From Kiritimatiellia bacterium (GTDB lineage Bacteria > Verrucomicrobiota > Kiritimatiellia > RFP12 > UBA1067): a stretch of DNA of 63,247 nt. A program made the translations under genes and the position numbers. The notes under the pieces are model-generated. The model saw nothing but the letters and a program-made list of their open reading frames with translations, made no database searches and was not told the DNA's origin. The stretch lies in assembly GCA_017563185.1 (NCBI GenBank), contig JAFXIL010000152.1, positions 1 to 63,247 on the forward strand, read 5' to 3'. This document shows positions 16,903 through 25,634 of this stretch, one piece after another (position 1 is the stretch's first letter; each line of letters starts with the position of its first letter).

Positions 16903-16917
16903 CAATGCTAGTATAAT
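16889..16917 (+). promoter_or_regulatory. consensus sigma70 promoter (Tat-signal isomerase-like gene)
   Basis: TTGACA (16889-16894), 17-nt spacer, TATAAT (16912-16917). AAGGAGG SD lies 20 nt downstream. Confidence 0.7.
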
Positions 16918-16947
16918 ATCCGCGTCTATTTTACACAAGGAGGAAAC

Positions 16948-18543
16948 ATTAACTGCACATCATGCGCACGGCGCGACTTCATCTACGGAATCCTGGCGGC
17001 CGCCGCCACTGGCGGAGCCGCGGCACGAGGAGAGCTGGCCGACTTCATCGCCGCCCTTCCCGCGCCCACCCCATCCGGCGCCATCCCCGACAAGTCAGGC
17101 GCCGTCAAGGTGCGCCTCGTGTTCTCGATCTGGGACGACGTGCAGGTCAGGAAAACATGGCCCAACGCGGGCTTCGACTTCCGTCCCGTGATGAAGAACA
17201 TCGTCGACGCGCTCAACGCCGGCGTTCCCGGCGTCAAGTTCGTCCCCGGCATGGCGTTCGACGCCAAGGGCTCCGCAAAGATCCTCGAGGAGGACGCCAA
17301 AGCCGGCGACGTCAAGGGCTATCTCGTCATCCAGATGAACTCCTGGCCAAACGCCCTCGCCGGCGTCGTCAAGGCCAACAAGCCCACCCTCTTCTGCTCC
17401 TTCCCCTACTCCGGCATCGGCGGATGGGACGTGCAGAACGCCGCAATGCTGCGCCGCGGGCAGAAGAACTACGCCTTCATGAGCTCCCTCGACTTCCGCG
17501 ACACCATCGGCGCCGCCCGCGCGTTCGAGACGCTCAAGAACGGCACCGGAGAGGACTTCGTAAAGGCCGCCACAGAATACCGCCTCGCCCATACGCCGGC
17601 GGAAACAGGCATAAAGCCGTGCGAGGGACCGCTTGAATGCCTCTCTCCCGAAGAGACGCTCGCCGCCGTGAAAGGCAAGAAGATACTCTCAGTCGAAAAC
17701 TACGACAAGAAGTCAAAGGACAAGATCCTCAAGGATTTCGGCATCGTCGTGGAGGACGTGAAGTTCGACGAGCTCAACGCCGCCTGGGAGAAGGTGCCGG
17801 AGACGCTTGCGAAGGCCAAGGTCGAAGAGTGGAAGCGCACGGCCCGCAAGATCGCCGGCGTCTCCGACGAGACTCTCCTCGGCTGCGCCAGGCAGTTCTA
17901 CGGCATGAAGGAGGTTCTGAAGGCGCACGGCGCAGTGGCCATCTCCGTCAACTGCCTCGGCGGCTGCTACACCGGCAAGCTCCACGCCTACCCCTGCCTC
18001 GGCTTCATGGAGCTTCAGGACCTCGGCCTCTTCGGCACCTGCGAGAACGACATCCGCTCCACCGTGGCCATGGTCGTGTTCAACGCGATGACGAAGGGGC
18101 GCATGGGCTACATCTCCGACCCGGCGATCGACTCGTCGCGGCGCGCCATGATATTCGCGCACTGCGTTGCAACGCGCAAGTTCCTCGGCGTGGACGGCGC
18201 GACCGCGCCCTACGAAATCGAGACGCACTCGGAAGACCGCCAGGGCGCTTCCGTGCGCTCGATCGCGCCGCTGAACTATCCAGTCACCACCGTGCAGTTC
18301 CACTTCTTCGGAGACGGCGGCAAGGGCTGCCTGCTCGTGCAGACCGGCCGCACCTTCTCGAACGACCCCGACGACCGCGCCTGCCGCACGAAGATGGTGG
18401 TGGAGGTCACCGGCGACTTCGAGAAGTCGTACCGCCTCTGGGACCTCTGGGGCTGGCACCGCGTCACGTTCCTCGGCGACTTCAAGAAGGACGTCGAGGC
18501 GCTCGCGAAGAAGATCGGCTACCGCGTCATCTACGAGTCGTAG
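16948..18543 (+). CDS. Tat-signal periplasmic protein of the L-fucose/L-arabinose isomerase-like family
   Basis: The track ORF begins at GTG 17110, but the frame is open back to 16912 and encodes a twin-arginine signal (NCTSCARRDFIYGILAAAATGGAAA). The only start-like codon after the AAGGAGG SD (16937-16943) is ATT 16948. The C-terminal half (CLGFMELQDLGLFGTCENDI...WGWHRVTFLGD) looks like a fucose-isomerase fold. Confidence 0.6.
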   Translation: MNCTSCARRDFIYGILAAAATGGAAARGELADFIAALPAPTPSGAIPDKSGAVKVRLVFSIWDDVQVRKTWPNAGFDFRPVMKNIVDALNAGVPGVKFVPGMAFDAKGSAKILEEDAKAGDVKGYLVIQMNSWPNALAGVVKANKPTLFCSFPYSGIGGWDVQNAAMLRRGQKNYAFMSSLDFRDTIGAARAFETLKNGTGEDFVKAATEYRLAHTPAETGIKPCEGPLECLSPEETLAAVKGKKILSVENYDKKSKDKILKDFGIVVEDVKFDELNAAWEKVPETLAKAKVEEWKRTARKIAGVSDETLLGCARQFYGMKEVLKAHGAVAISVNCLGGCYTGKLHAYPCLGFMELQDLGLFGTCENDIRSTVAMVVFNAMTKGRMGYISDPAIDSSRRAMIFAHCVATRKFLGVDGATAPYEIETHSEDRQGASVRSIAPLNYPVTTVQFHFFGDGGKGCLLVQTGRTFSNDPDDRACRTKMVVEVTGDFEKSYRLWDLWGWHRVTFLGDFKKDVEALAKKIGYRVIYES

Positions 18544-18576
18544 CGAGCGGCATGCGCATCGGCCACGCCGCCTCGC

Positions 18577-19020
18577 TCACGGCAGAGGTTCAACGACGAG
18601 CGTGAGGTTCTCCTGCGCAACCACCTTCACGGGGGCGCCGGGCGCAATTGCGACGGCGGACGAAGCAGACCACTCGGCGTCTCCGAGCATGATGCGCCCC
18701 GGCACTTCCGGGCGGATGGCCTCAACCACCTTGCCTACGCGCCCAACGTATTCGCTCGCGATCTTCTGCGTCTCGGCCGTGTCGCCCAGAAACACGTTCT
18801 TAACCCACTTGCGAAGGACAATGAGATAGAAGACCGAGAAGATCGAAAACAGCGCAAGCTGCCACGAGAGCGAAAGGCCCGGCACGAGCCATTTCGTGCC
18901 GGCGACCGTGGCAGCTCCAAGGCCGAAGAAGAAGATGACGAACCCTGGGCTCGCGAGCTCGGCGAGCATAAGGAACGCGCCCACGTAGAGCCATATCCAT
19001 GCTGCGGTTGTGAAGTCCAT
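18577..19020 (-). CDS. NfeD family membrane protein
   Basis: 147 aa from ATG 19020 (AAGGAG 7 nt upstream). Three TM helices followed by a C-terminal OB-like region (GRVGKVVEAIRPEVPGRIMLGDAEWSA). Confidence 0.75.
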   Translation of the reverse strand: MDFTTAAWIWLYVGAFLMLAELASPGFVIFFFGLGAATVAGTKWLVPGLSLSWQLALFSIFSVFYLIVLRKWVKNVFLGDTAETQKIASEYVGRVGKVVEAIRPEVPGRIMLGDAEWSASSAVAIAPGAPVKVVAQENLTLVVEPLP

Positions 19021-19042
19021 GGCCGTCTCCTTTCCGTCTTGA

Positions 19043-20914
19043 CTATGCAATCACGGCAAGCGTGTCGCCCTTCGCGACTGGCGAGCCGTGCTTGGCGACG
19101 AACGTGATGGTGCCCGTGGCGGTGGCCTTGATCGGGTTGAAGAGCTTCATCGCCTCGACGATGCAGCAGGCGTCGCCCGCCTTCACCGCCGCGCCGTCCT
19201 TGGCGAGCTCGGGCTTGCCGGGACTCGCGCTGCGGTAGAACGTGCCGTTCAGCGGCGCCTTCACGGGCGTGCCCGCAGGCTCTTTGACCTGGGAAGCGAC
19301 ATCCTTGTCGCTTCTTCCTGCCTGAAGCGGCGAGAGCGCCGCTTCCCCGACTCTTCCGCTTGGCGCCGCTACACCTAGCTTCACTGCGGAAAGATCCGCC
19401 TTCGTGCCGCCGCATGCAGCCATGAGCGCCGCGAAGGCGCGGCCGATCTCGGCGAACTTGGCGGTTTCAGGATCGACTGCGGCGTGAGGGCACGCCTCCT
19501 TTCCGGCAGCGCCATTCTGCATCTCCAGGTCTGCGGGGATGGGATCCTTCGCGTCGTCGCTCTGGGCGCGCCACTTGAAGTATTCAAGCGCCACTTCGGG
19601 GAAGAGGCAGTAGCTGAGGATGTCCTCCTCGGCCTTGATGAGCTTCGGGGGAATGTCCTTCGCCGCGGCGGCAAGGCCGGGCTTCAGCAGGTCCGCCGGA
19701 CGGCACGTGATGGGCTTGAGCTCGCCGATGAGCTTCTTCTGAAGCTTCTTGTCGATCGGCGCGGGCGTGCGGCCATAGTATCCTGCGGCGTAGTGCTTCG
19801 TCTCGTCGGTCACCATCGAGTAGCGTTTGCCGGAGAGCACATTCAGCACGGACTGCACCCCGACGATCTGCGAAGTGGGCGTGACGAGCGGCGGATAGCC
19901 CATGTCGGCGCGCGTCTTCGGCAGCTCCTCAAGTACTTCGGGAAGCCTGTCGAGCGCGTCCTGCGCAGCGAGCTGGCTGCGGAGGTTCGAGATCATGCCG
20001 CCTGGAATCGCATGCACCAGAACGCCGGCGTCCACGGGCTCCATCTTGGCGCTTGAAGCCGGCTGGCGCGTCTTCTTGAGCTCTGCAAAGTATGCGTTGA
20101 TCTCGGCGAGCTTCTTCATGTCGAGGCCGGTGGAGAATCCCTCCGACTCCAGAATCGAGGCCATCGACTCGCACGGCGGCTGGCTGGAGAACGAGCTCAT
20201 CGTGGAGATAGCGGTGTCCACGCAGCCCGCGCCCGCCTCCACTGCGGCCATGTACATCGCCGTGGCCATGCCGCTCGTCATGTGGGAGTGCACCTGAATG
20301 GGCATTTCGGGCAGTGCCTTCACGAGCGCGTCCACTAGCTCGCGCGCCGCGCCGGGAGTGAGGATGCCGGCCATGTCCTTGATGGCGAGAGAGTCTATGC
20401 CCATCGCCGCCTCCTGGCGGGCGAGCTTCACGTAGGCTGCGACGGTGTGCACGGGCGAGGTCGTGTAGCAGATCGTGCCCTGTGCGTGGCCGCCGTACTT
20501 CTTGACGGACGCGATGGCGGTCTCGAGGTTGCGCGGGTCGTTCAGCGCGTCGAAGACGCGGAAGATGTCCATGCCGTTCTCGCAGGCGAGCGCAACGAAA
20601 CGCTCCACGATGTCGTCGGGATAGTGCTTGTAGCCGAGGATGTTCTGGCCGCGCAGCAGCATCTGGAGAGGAGTCTTCCTGCAGACTGCCTTGATCTGGC
20701 GCAGACGCTCCCAGGGGTTCTCGCGCAGAAAGCGCATGCACACGTCGAACGTGGCGCCGCCCCAGCATTCAAGCGAGTAGTAGCCGGCGTCGTCGATCGC
20801 CGAGGCGATCTTGAGAATGTCGTCAGTGCGCATGCGCGTGGCCCATAGGGACTGGTGGGCGTCGCGCAGCGTGGTGTCGGTAATGCGTACTTTCCTCAAC
20901 GTGTCTTTTTTCAT
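19043..20914 (-). CDS. oxaloacetate decarboxylase alpha / pyruvate carboxylase subunit B type carboxyltransferase with C-terminal biotinyl domain
   Basis: 623 aa. N-terminus ITDTTLRDAHQSLWATRMRT, HMGL-like TIM barrel, and the C-terminal EAMKL biotin attachment motif. Confidence 0.85.
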   Translation of the reverse strand: MKKDTLRKVRITDTTLRDAHQSLWATRMRTDDILKIASAIDDAGYYSLECWGGATFDVCMRFLRENPWERLRQIKAVCRKTPLQMLLRGQNILGYKHYPDDIVERFVALACENGMDIFRVFDALNDPRNLETAIASVKKYGGHAQGTICYTTSPVHTVAAYVKLARQEAAMGIDSLAIKDMAGILTPGAARELVDALVKALPEMPIQVHSHMTSGMATAMYMAAVEAGAGCVDTAISTMSSFSSQPPCESMASILESEGFSTGLDMKKLAEINAYFAELKKTRQPASSAKMEPVDAGVLVHAIPGGMISNLRSQLAAQDALDRLPEVLEELPKTRADMGYPPLVTPTSQIVGVQSVLNVLSGKRYSMVTDETKHYAAGYYGRTPAPIDKKLQKKLIGELKPITCRPADLLKPGLAAAAKDIPPKLIKAEEDILSYCLFPEVALEYFKWRAQSDDAKDPIPADLEMQNGAAGKEACPHAAVDPETAKFAEIGRAFAALMAACGGTKADLSAVKLGVAAPSGRVGEAALSPLQAGRSDKDVASQVKEPAGTPVKAPLNGTFYRSASPGKPELAKDGAAVKAGDACCIVEAMKLFNPIKATATGTITFVAKHGSPVAKGDTLAVIA

Positions 20915-20921
20915 GGCAGAT

Positions 20922-20930
20922 ATTGTACCA
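20922..20930 (-). promoter_or_regulatory. extended -10 promoter, leaderless geometry (oadA/pycB-like gene)
   Basis: TGGTACAAT, then 7 nt (ATCTGCC), then ATG 20914. Confidence 0.55.
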
Positions 20931-21020
20931 TTTTTCCGCGCTTTTGTGGCGAGTGAAAATGGACAAATTGGCGAAAGTGCCTAGTGCGTGGTCATCGCAT
21001 GAACACGGGAGGCCACTCCG

Positions 21021-22253
21021 CTACTCGTAGCGGAGGCAGTCGATGGGATTGAGGCGGCTGGCGCGCCAGGCGGGATAGAAGCCGAAGAACATACCAACAA
21101 ACGCCGAGAAGAGGAACGCCACCATAGTGGAGCCGGTCTCCACGAGGATCGGCCAGCCAAGCATCTCACCGAGAGTCCTTGCGCCGACCAGGCCAAGGGC
21201 CACGCCGATTCCGCCGCCCACGGTTGAAAGCAGCACCGACTCCAGGATGAACTGGGCGAGGATGTTTGCCGGCGTCGCGCCTATAGCCATGCGAAGGCCG
21301 ATCTCGCGTATGCGCTCCGTCACGGAGACGAGCATGATGTTCATGATGCCGATTCCGCCCACTAGAAGCGAAATCGCCGCCACGGCCGCGAGAAGCACGG
21401 TCATGGTGTTCGAGACGCCGCTCATCGTGGAGGTGATCTCGGCCATGTCGATGATGCGGAAGTCGTCGTCGGAATCGTCGCTGAGTCGGTGGCGCTGGCG
21501 AAGGAGCGCGCCTATCTCGCGCTTCGCCTCCTCGATCTGGTCCATCGAGTAGAGCGAGAGCTTCAGCTGGCGCACGTTGTCGGGGAACTTCGAGGCCTGC
21601 AGCACGCGGCGCACAGTGGTGTACGGGGCCAGCACGGCGTCGTCCTGGTCCTGCCCCATGCCGCCCACGCCCTTGGCCTCCAGAAGGCCCTTCACCCTGA
21701 ATGGCATGTTGCCGATTCGTATGTTGCGGCCAACGGGATCCTCGTTCGGGAAGATGTTCGCCGCAACGGTCTTGCCGAGCACGCACACGCGGGCGCACTG
21801 GCGTTCTTCCTGGTCGGTGAAGAAGTCGCCCGACTCCACGCGCCAGTTTCGGATCGTGAGAAACTCGGTGGAGCAGCCGTAGATTGTGGTGTTCCAGTTC
21901 TTGTCCTGGAACACTATCTGCATCTGCGTGCGCACTTCGGGACTTTCGGCCTTCACTATGTGGGCGAGCTCGCGGCGGATGGCTATTCCGTCGGAGGCGG
22001 TGAGGCTCTGCCCCTCGCCGGCGCCGCCATGCACGCCTGCCGCGGCATGGCGCTGCTCGCTGAAGATCATCACCACGTTGTCGCCCATCTTCGCGATCTG
22101 CGCCACCATGTTCTGGCTCGCGCCCTTGCCGATTGCGAGCACCACGATCACGGCCGCGATGCCGAAGATGATGCCGAGCATCGTGAGGGCGCTGCGCGTC
22201 TTGTTGCGCCAGATCGCGCGCATGGCGACGCGGAGGATCATGAACACGTTCAC
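21021..22253 (-). CDS. ABC transporter permease, MacB/FtsX family
   Basis: 410 aa with a GTG start. MacB-type N-terminal TM helix, periplasmic domain and FtsX C-terminal 3-TM bundle. The start overlaps the ATPase stop (GTGA). Confidence 0.85.
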   Translation of the reverse strand: MNVFMILRVAMRAIWRNKTRSALTMLGIIFGIAAVIVVLAIGKGASQNMVAQIAKMGDNVVMIFSEQRHAAAGVHGGAGEGQSLTASDGIAIRRELAHIVKAESPEVRTQMQIVFQDKNWNTTIYGCSTEFLTIRNWRVESGDFFTDQEERQCARVCVLGKTVAANIFPNEDPVGRNIRIGNMPFRVKGLLEAKGVGGMGQDQDDAVLAPYTTVRRVLQASKFPDNVRQLKLSLYSMDQIEEAKREIGALLRQRHRLSDDSDDDFRIIDMAEITSTMSGVSNTMTVLLAAVAAISLLVGGIGIMNIMLVSVTERIREIGLRMAIGATPANILAQFILESVLLSTVGGGIGVALGLVGARTLGEMLGWPILVETGSTMVAFLFSAFVGMFFGFYPAWRASRLNPIDCLRYE

Positions 22254-22990
22254 GCGGCGCCTCCTTCGGCAGGGGCGGACGGCGCGGCGGGCGCGCGGTC
22301 GTCGCGGATGAGGTGGCCGTCGCGCATCAGAAGATGGCGCTTCGCGTAGGCGGCGATGTCGTCCTCGTGCGTCACCATGACGATCGTGATGCCCTCGTTG
22401 GAGAGCTCGGTGAAGAGGTTCATGATCTCGACGGAGCTCTTCGTGTCGAGGTTGCCGGTGGGCTCGTCGGCGAACAGGACGGGCGGCTCGTTCATGAGAG
22501 CGCGAGCGATCGCGACGCGCTGCTGCTGGCCGCCCGAGAGCTGAGCGGGGGTGTGCGTGCCGCGTCCGCCCAGGCCCACCCGCTTGAGAAGCTCAAGTGC
22601 GCGGCGACGGCGTGCGGCACGGCCGAGGCGGCCCATGTAGAAGTCGGGCAGCTCCACGTTCTCGATTGCGCTCGTGCGCGCGAGGAGGTTGAAGTTCTGG
22701 AACACGAAGCCGAGCTTGCGGTTGCGGATGTGCGCGAGCTCGGCGCGCGTGCGGCGCGCCACCTCGATGCCGTCAAGAAGATAGCTGCCGCTAGTTGGAG
22801 TGTCGAGGCAGCCCAGGATGTTGAGCATCGTGGACTTGCCGCTTCCGGAAGCGCCCATGATCGCCACGAACTCGCCCTGGTCGATTGTGAGCGACACGCC
22901 GTCAAGGGCGGCCACCGGCTCCTCGCCCAGCGCATAGATCTTGCGCAGGTCGCGGATCTCGATGAGATGGGCGCTCTCCTGTTGCTTCAC
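22250..22990 (-). CDS. ABC transporter ATP-binding protein (MacB/LolD-like)
   Basis: 246 aa from GTG 22990 ([19 protein letters not shown]). Walker [10 protein letters not shown], signature LSGGQQQRV, Walker B LFADEPT. The track N-terminal extension overlaps the TPR gene and is rejected. Confidence 0.85.
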   Translation of the reverse strand: MKQQESAHLIEIRDLRKIYALGEEPVAALDGVSLTIDQGEFVAIMGASGSGKSTMLNILGCLDTPTSGSYLLDGIEVARRTRAELAHIRNRKLGFVFQNFNLLARTSAIENVELPDFYMGRLGRAARRRRALELLKRVGLGGRGTHTPAQLSGGQQQRVAIARALMNEPPVLFADEPTGNLDTKSSVEIMNLFTELSNEGITIVMVTHEDDIAAYAKRHLLMRDGHLIRDDRAPAAPSAPAEGGAA

Positions 22991-23006
22991 GGCGGCGGCG
23001 CGGGGG

Positions 23007-24419
23007 CTAGCCCTGCTTCTGCTCGTGCATGAGCTTGTTGATCTTGAGCATGCGCTCGTTGAGGTCGCCGAATGTGACGTCGGTGGAGTACACGTCCTTG
23101 TAGTAGTTGTACGCCTTCTCGTAGTCCTTCGCTTCCTCGGCGCAGAGGCCAAGCTGATAGACCACCTTCTTCTTGAGGTCGTCCATCATGGGCAGCTGGT
23201 CGCGCGCGGTCTCGAGCTGCATCACAGCCATGTCGCGCTGGCCCTTCTTGAGGAAGCACATCGCGAGGTAGTATAGGGACTGCAGGCGGTCCTTGGGCGA
23301 CTTCTGCGCGAGCTGCAGATGCTGAATGGCCTCGTCGTAGAACGAAGGCTCCTGGTCGCCGTAGATGTAGTACTGGTAGCCGAGCTCGAAGCGCAGATGG
23401 AGGTCGTTCGGGTAGCGCTCCACGCGCGTCGCGAGGTCGTCGAACACAAACTGGTTCTTCTCGACCTCGAGGTTGTCGGCCTCCTCGGTGCGGCCCTCCT
23501 TGCGCAGCTGCTCGATCTGGTACTCGTAACTTGCGGCCGTCACGGTGGAGAGCATGCGGTCGAGCTCGGGGTCGGCCGAGCTGACGGTCTGCGCGCGCTG
23601 AAGGATGCCCACGGCCTCGGGGAAGCGCTTGTTCTGCATGTAGATTCGGGCGAGCGCGCGGTAGAAGTTGAGGTTGTTGGGCTCCTTCTCGATCTGCGCG
23701 AGCTTCTCGGCGATGAGCGCGTCGGCGTCCGCGCCGACTACGACTGCCTTGTTCGCCTGGTCGAGCTTCTTCGCCTGCTCCTGGTTGGCGAGGATCGCCT
23801 GGAAGCCGCCCTGCTTGCCCACCGTGGCGCTCCAGCCGCTGTTCATGGTGCTCTGCGCCTCGGCGTTCTTCAGAAGCTGGATGATGCGCTGGTCACCCGG
23901 CTTGAGCTGCGACAGCTTCACGTACGCGTCGCGCGCCTTGTCGTAGCGCTTGGCGATCATGTAGTACTGGGCGATGCGCTCAAGAAGCACCACGTCGCCC
24001 TGGTTGCACGAGTAGGCGGCCTCGACGGAGATCGCGGCGGCCTCGGGCATGCCTGCTGCCTCGGCGGCCTTCACGGCGGCGTCGATGTTGTCGGGGTCGA
24101 GCGGATTGACGGCCAGCAGCTTCTCCGCCTCGGCCATCGCCTCGGCGCCCTGGCCCTTCTTCGCGAGGGAGAGTATCTTGGCGCGCTTGCCCATGTTGGC
24201 AAGGCTCTGCAGCTTGAGGGAGAAGCTGGACGACGGGTTCTGGCGGAACTTGGCAATCTGGGCCGTACGCAGCAGACGGCGTGTCTCCAGCGAGCCCGGC
24301 GCGCACTCTATGGCCTGCGAAAGCATCTCCACGGCAAGCTCGTAACGGCCTGCCTCAAGCGCCTGACGGCCCCTGTTTGTAAGATTCTGCGCCTTTTGGG
24401 CGGTTGTGTCATTAGCCAT
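23007..24419 (-). CDS. TPR repeat protein
   Basis: 470 aa. Multiple 34-residue A/Y/L-rich tetratricopeptide-like repeats (e.g. YYLAMCFLKKGQRDMAVMQLETA). Confidence 0.75.
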   Translation of the reverse strand: MANDTTAQKAQNLTNRGRQALEAGRYELAVEMLSQAIECAPGSLETRRLLRTAQIAKFRQNPSSSFSLKLQSLANMGKRAKILSLAKKGQGAEAMAEAEKLLAVNPLDPDNIDAAVKAAEAAGMPEAAAISVEAAYSCNQGDVVLLERIAQYYMIAKRYDKARDAYVKLSQLKPGDQRIIQLLKNAEAQSTMNSGWSATVGKQGGFQAILANQEQAKKLDQANKAVVVGADADALIAEKLAQIEKEPNNLNFYRALARIYMQNKRFPEAVGILQRAQTVSSADPELDRMLSTVTAASYEYQIEQLRKEGRTEEADNLEVEKNQFVFDDLATRVERYPNDLHLRFELGYQYYIYGDQEPSFYDEAIQHLQLAQKSPKDRLQSLYYLAMCFLKKGQRDMAVMQLETARDQLPMMDDLKKKVVYQLGLCAEEAKDYEKAYNYYKDVYSTDVTFGDLNERMLKINKLMHEQKQG

Positions 24420-24471
24420 TTCGTTTTCCTCAATCAGTCCATTGGCTTACGTTTAAAACCGACAAGTTGTT

Positions 24472-24500
24472 ATTATAGCATTACACGGCGTTTCGCGCAA
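24472..24500 (-). promoter_or_regulatory. sigma70-like promoter (TPR / ABC transporter operon)
   Basis: TTGCGC (24500-24495), 17-nt spacer ending in TGC, TATAAT (24477-24472). Confidence 0.6.
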
Positions 24501-24509
24501 CTAGTGATT

Positions 24510-24553
24510 AAATCAATTTCAAATCAAACCCCGAAACCTAAACCACGAAACCT
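24510..24553 (-). repeat. RGTTTY short tandem repeat immediately 3' of a stop codon
   Basis: Minus strand reads AGGTTTCGTGGTTTAGGTTTCGGGGTTTGATTTGAAATTGATTT. It starts directly after the TGA of the guanylyltransferase gene and lies upstream of the TPR promoter. Confidence 0.8.
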
Positions 24554-25615
24554 TCACTTTCGGGATGTGATCTCGGCAAGCACTCGCTTGAGGTCCTGCA
24601 CGCGGTCCTTTGCCGCCACGAGCACATGGTCGGCCGTGGACACCACAACGATGCCACGCACGCCGAGGGCGGCGATTGCCGGACCCTCCGCCACGGCCAC
24701 GGAATCCTCGCAGTCGAGCAGAGTCACCGGGCCTCTCACCACGTTTCGTCTCGCGTCTGTGCGCAGGTGCTTGTCCACCGCAGCCCACGTGCCAACGTCG
24801 TCCCATCCGAAGTCTCCGCGCGACACCAGAATGCGCGGGAACTTCTCCATCACCGCGTAGTCGAACGATATCCTCGGCAGGTCCGGATAAACCTTCGCCA
24901 TCACGGGCCCCGGCGCCTGCGCGGCGGCAATGGCCGCCTCGAGGGACGCCAGCTCAGGCGCCGCCGCGGCGAGCGCGCCCTTCATCGTGCGCACCTTCCA
25001 CACGAACATTCCCGCGTTCCACACGTACTTCCCGGAGGCGAGGTATCTTTTCGCCGTTTTCTCGCACGGCTTCTCCACGAACTTAGCCGCGCGGAAGAAC
25101 ACGGTGCGCGTGCCGAGCGGCTCCGCGCGCCCCACGCGGATGTACCCGAATCCGGTGGCCGGTTCGTTCGGCGTAACGCCCATCGTCACGATGCAGTCGG
25201 TCTTGGCCGCCGCGTCGCGCGCGTCGCGCAGCACTCTGCGGAACGCCTTCACGTCGCCCATCAGGTGGTCGGCCGTGAGAATCGCCGCCACGGCATCCTC
25301 CCCGCCGCGCGCCTCCACCACGCCGCACGCCGTGGCCACGGCGGCCGCAGTGTCGCGTCGGCATGGCTCGGCCACGATGTTCTCCTCCGGCAGCTCCGGC
25401 AGCGCCTCGCGAGTGGCCGACACAAGCGTCTCGGCCGTGACCACGATCACGCGCTCCATCGGCACCACGCCGGCCAGTCGGTCCACCGCCTGGCGGATGA
25501 GTGACTTTCCTCCGAACACGGTGAGGAACTGCTTGGGCCTGTCGGGCGTGGAGAGCGGCCAGAACCGCTCGCCGTTGCCGCCCGAAAGAATCACTGCATG
25601 GAAAGGATGCGTCAT
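24554..25615 (-). CDS. mannose-1-phosphate guanylyltransferase
   Basis: 353 aa from ATG 25615. N-terminus HAVILSGGNGERFWPLS...PKQF, followed by GYIR and FVEKP motifs. Confidence 0.85.
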   Translation of the reverse strand: MTHPFHAVILSGGNGERFWPLSTPDRPKQFLTVFGGKSLIRQAVDRLAGVVPMERVIVVTAETLVSATREALPELPEENIVAEPCRRDTAAAVATACGVVEARGGEDAVAAILTADHLMGDVKAFRRVLRDARDAAAKTDCIVTMGVTPNEPATGFGYIRVGRAEPLGTRTVFFRAAKFVEKPCEKTAKRYLASGKYVWNAGMFVWKVRTMKGALAAAAPELASLEAAIAAAQAPGPVMAKVYPDLPRISFDYAVMEKFPRILVSRGDFGWDDVGTWAAVDKHLRTDARRNVVRGPVTLLDCEDSVAVAEGPAIAALGVRGIVVVSTADHVLVAAKDRVQDLKRVLAEITSRK

Positions 25616-25634
25616 GGAGTCAGCCTTGAATGGC

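Noticed and set aside
16962-17636. 224-aa ORF starting at the first ATG downstream of the consensus promoter.
   Set aside because: The translation is Arg/Pro-rich junk (MRTARLHLRNPGGRRHWRSRG...). The alternative frame encodes a Tat signal continuous with the isomerase-like protein.
22991-23152. Upstream extension of the ABC ATPase ORF to ATG 23152.
   Set aside because: It overlaps the 3' end of the TPR gene and encodes Thr/Ser/Arg-rich filler. Similarity to ABC ATPases begins right after GTG 22990.
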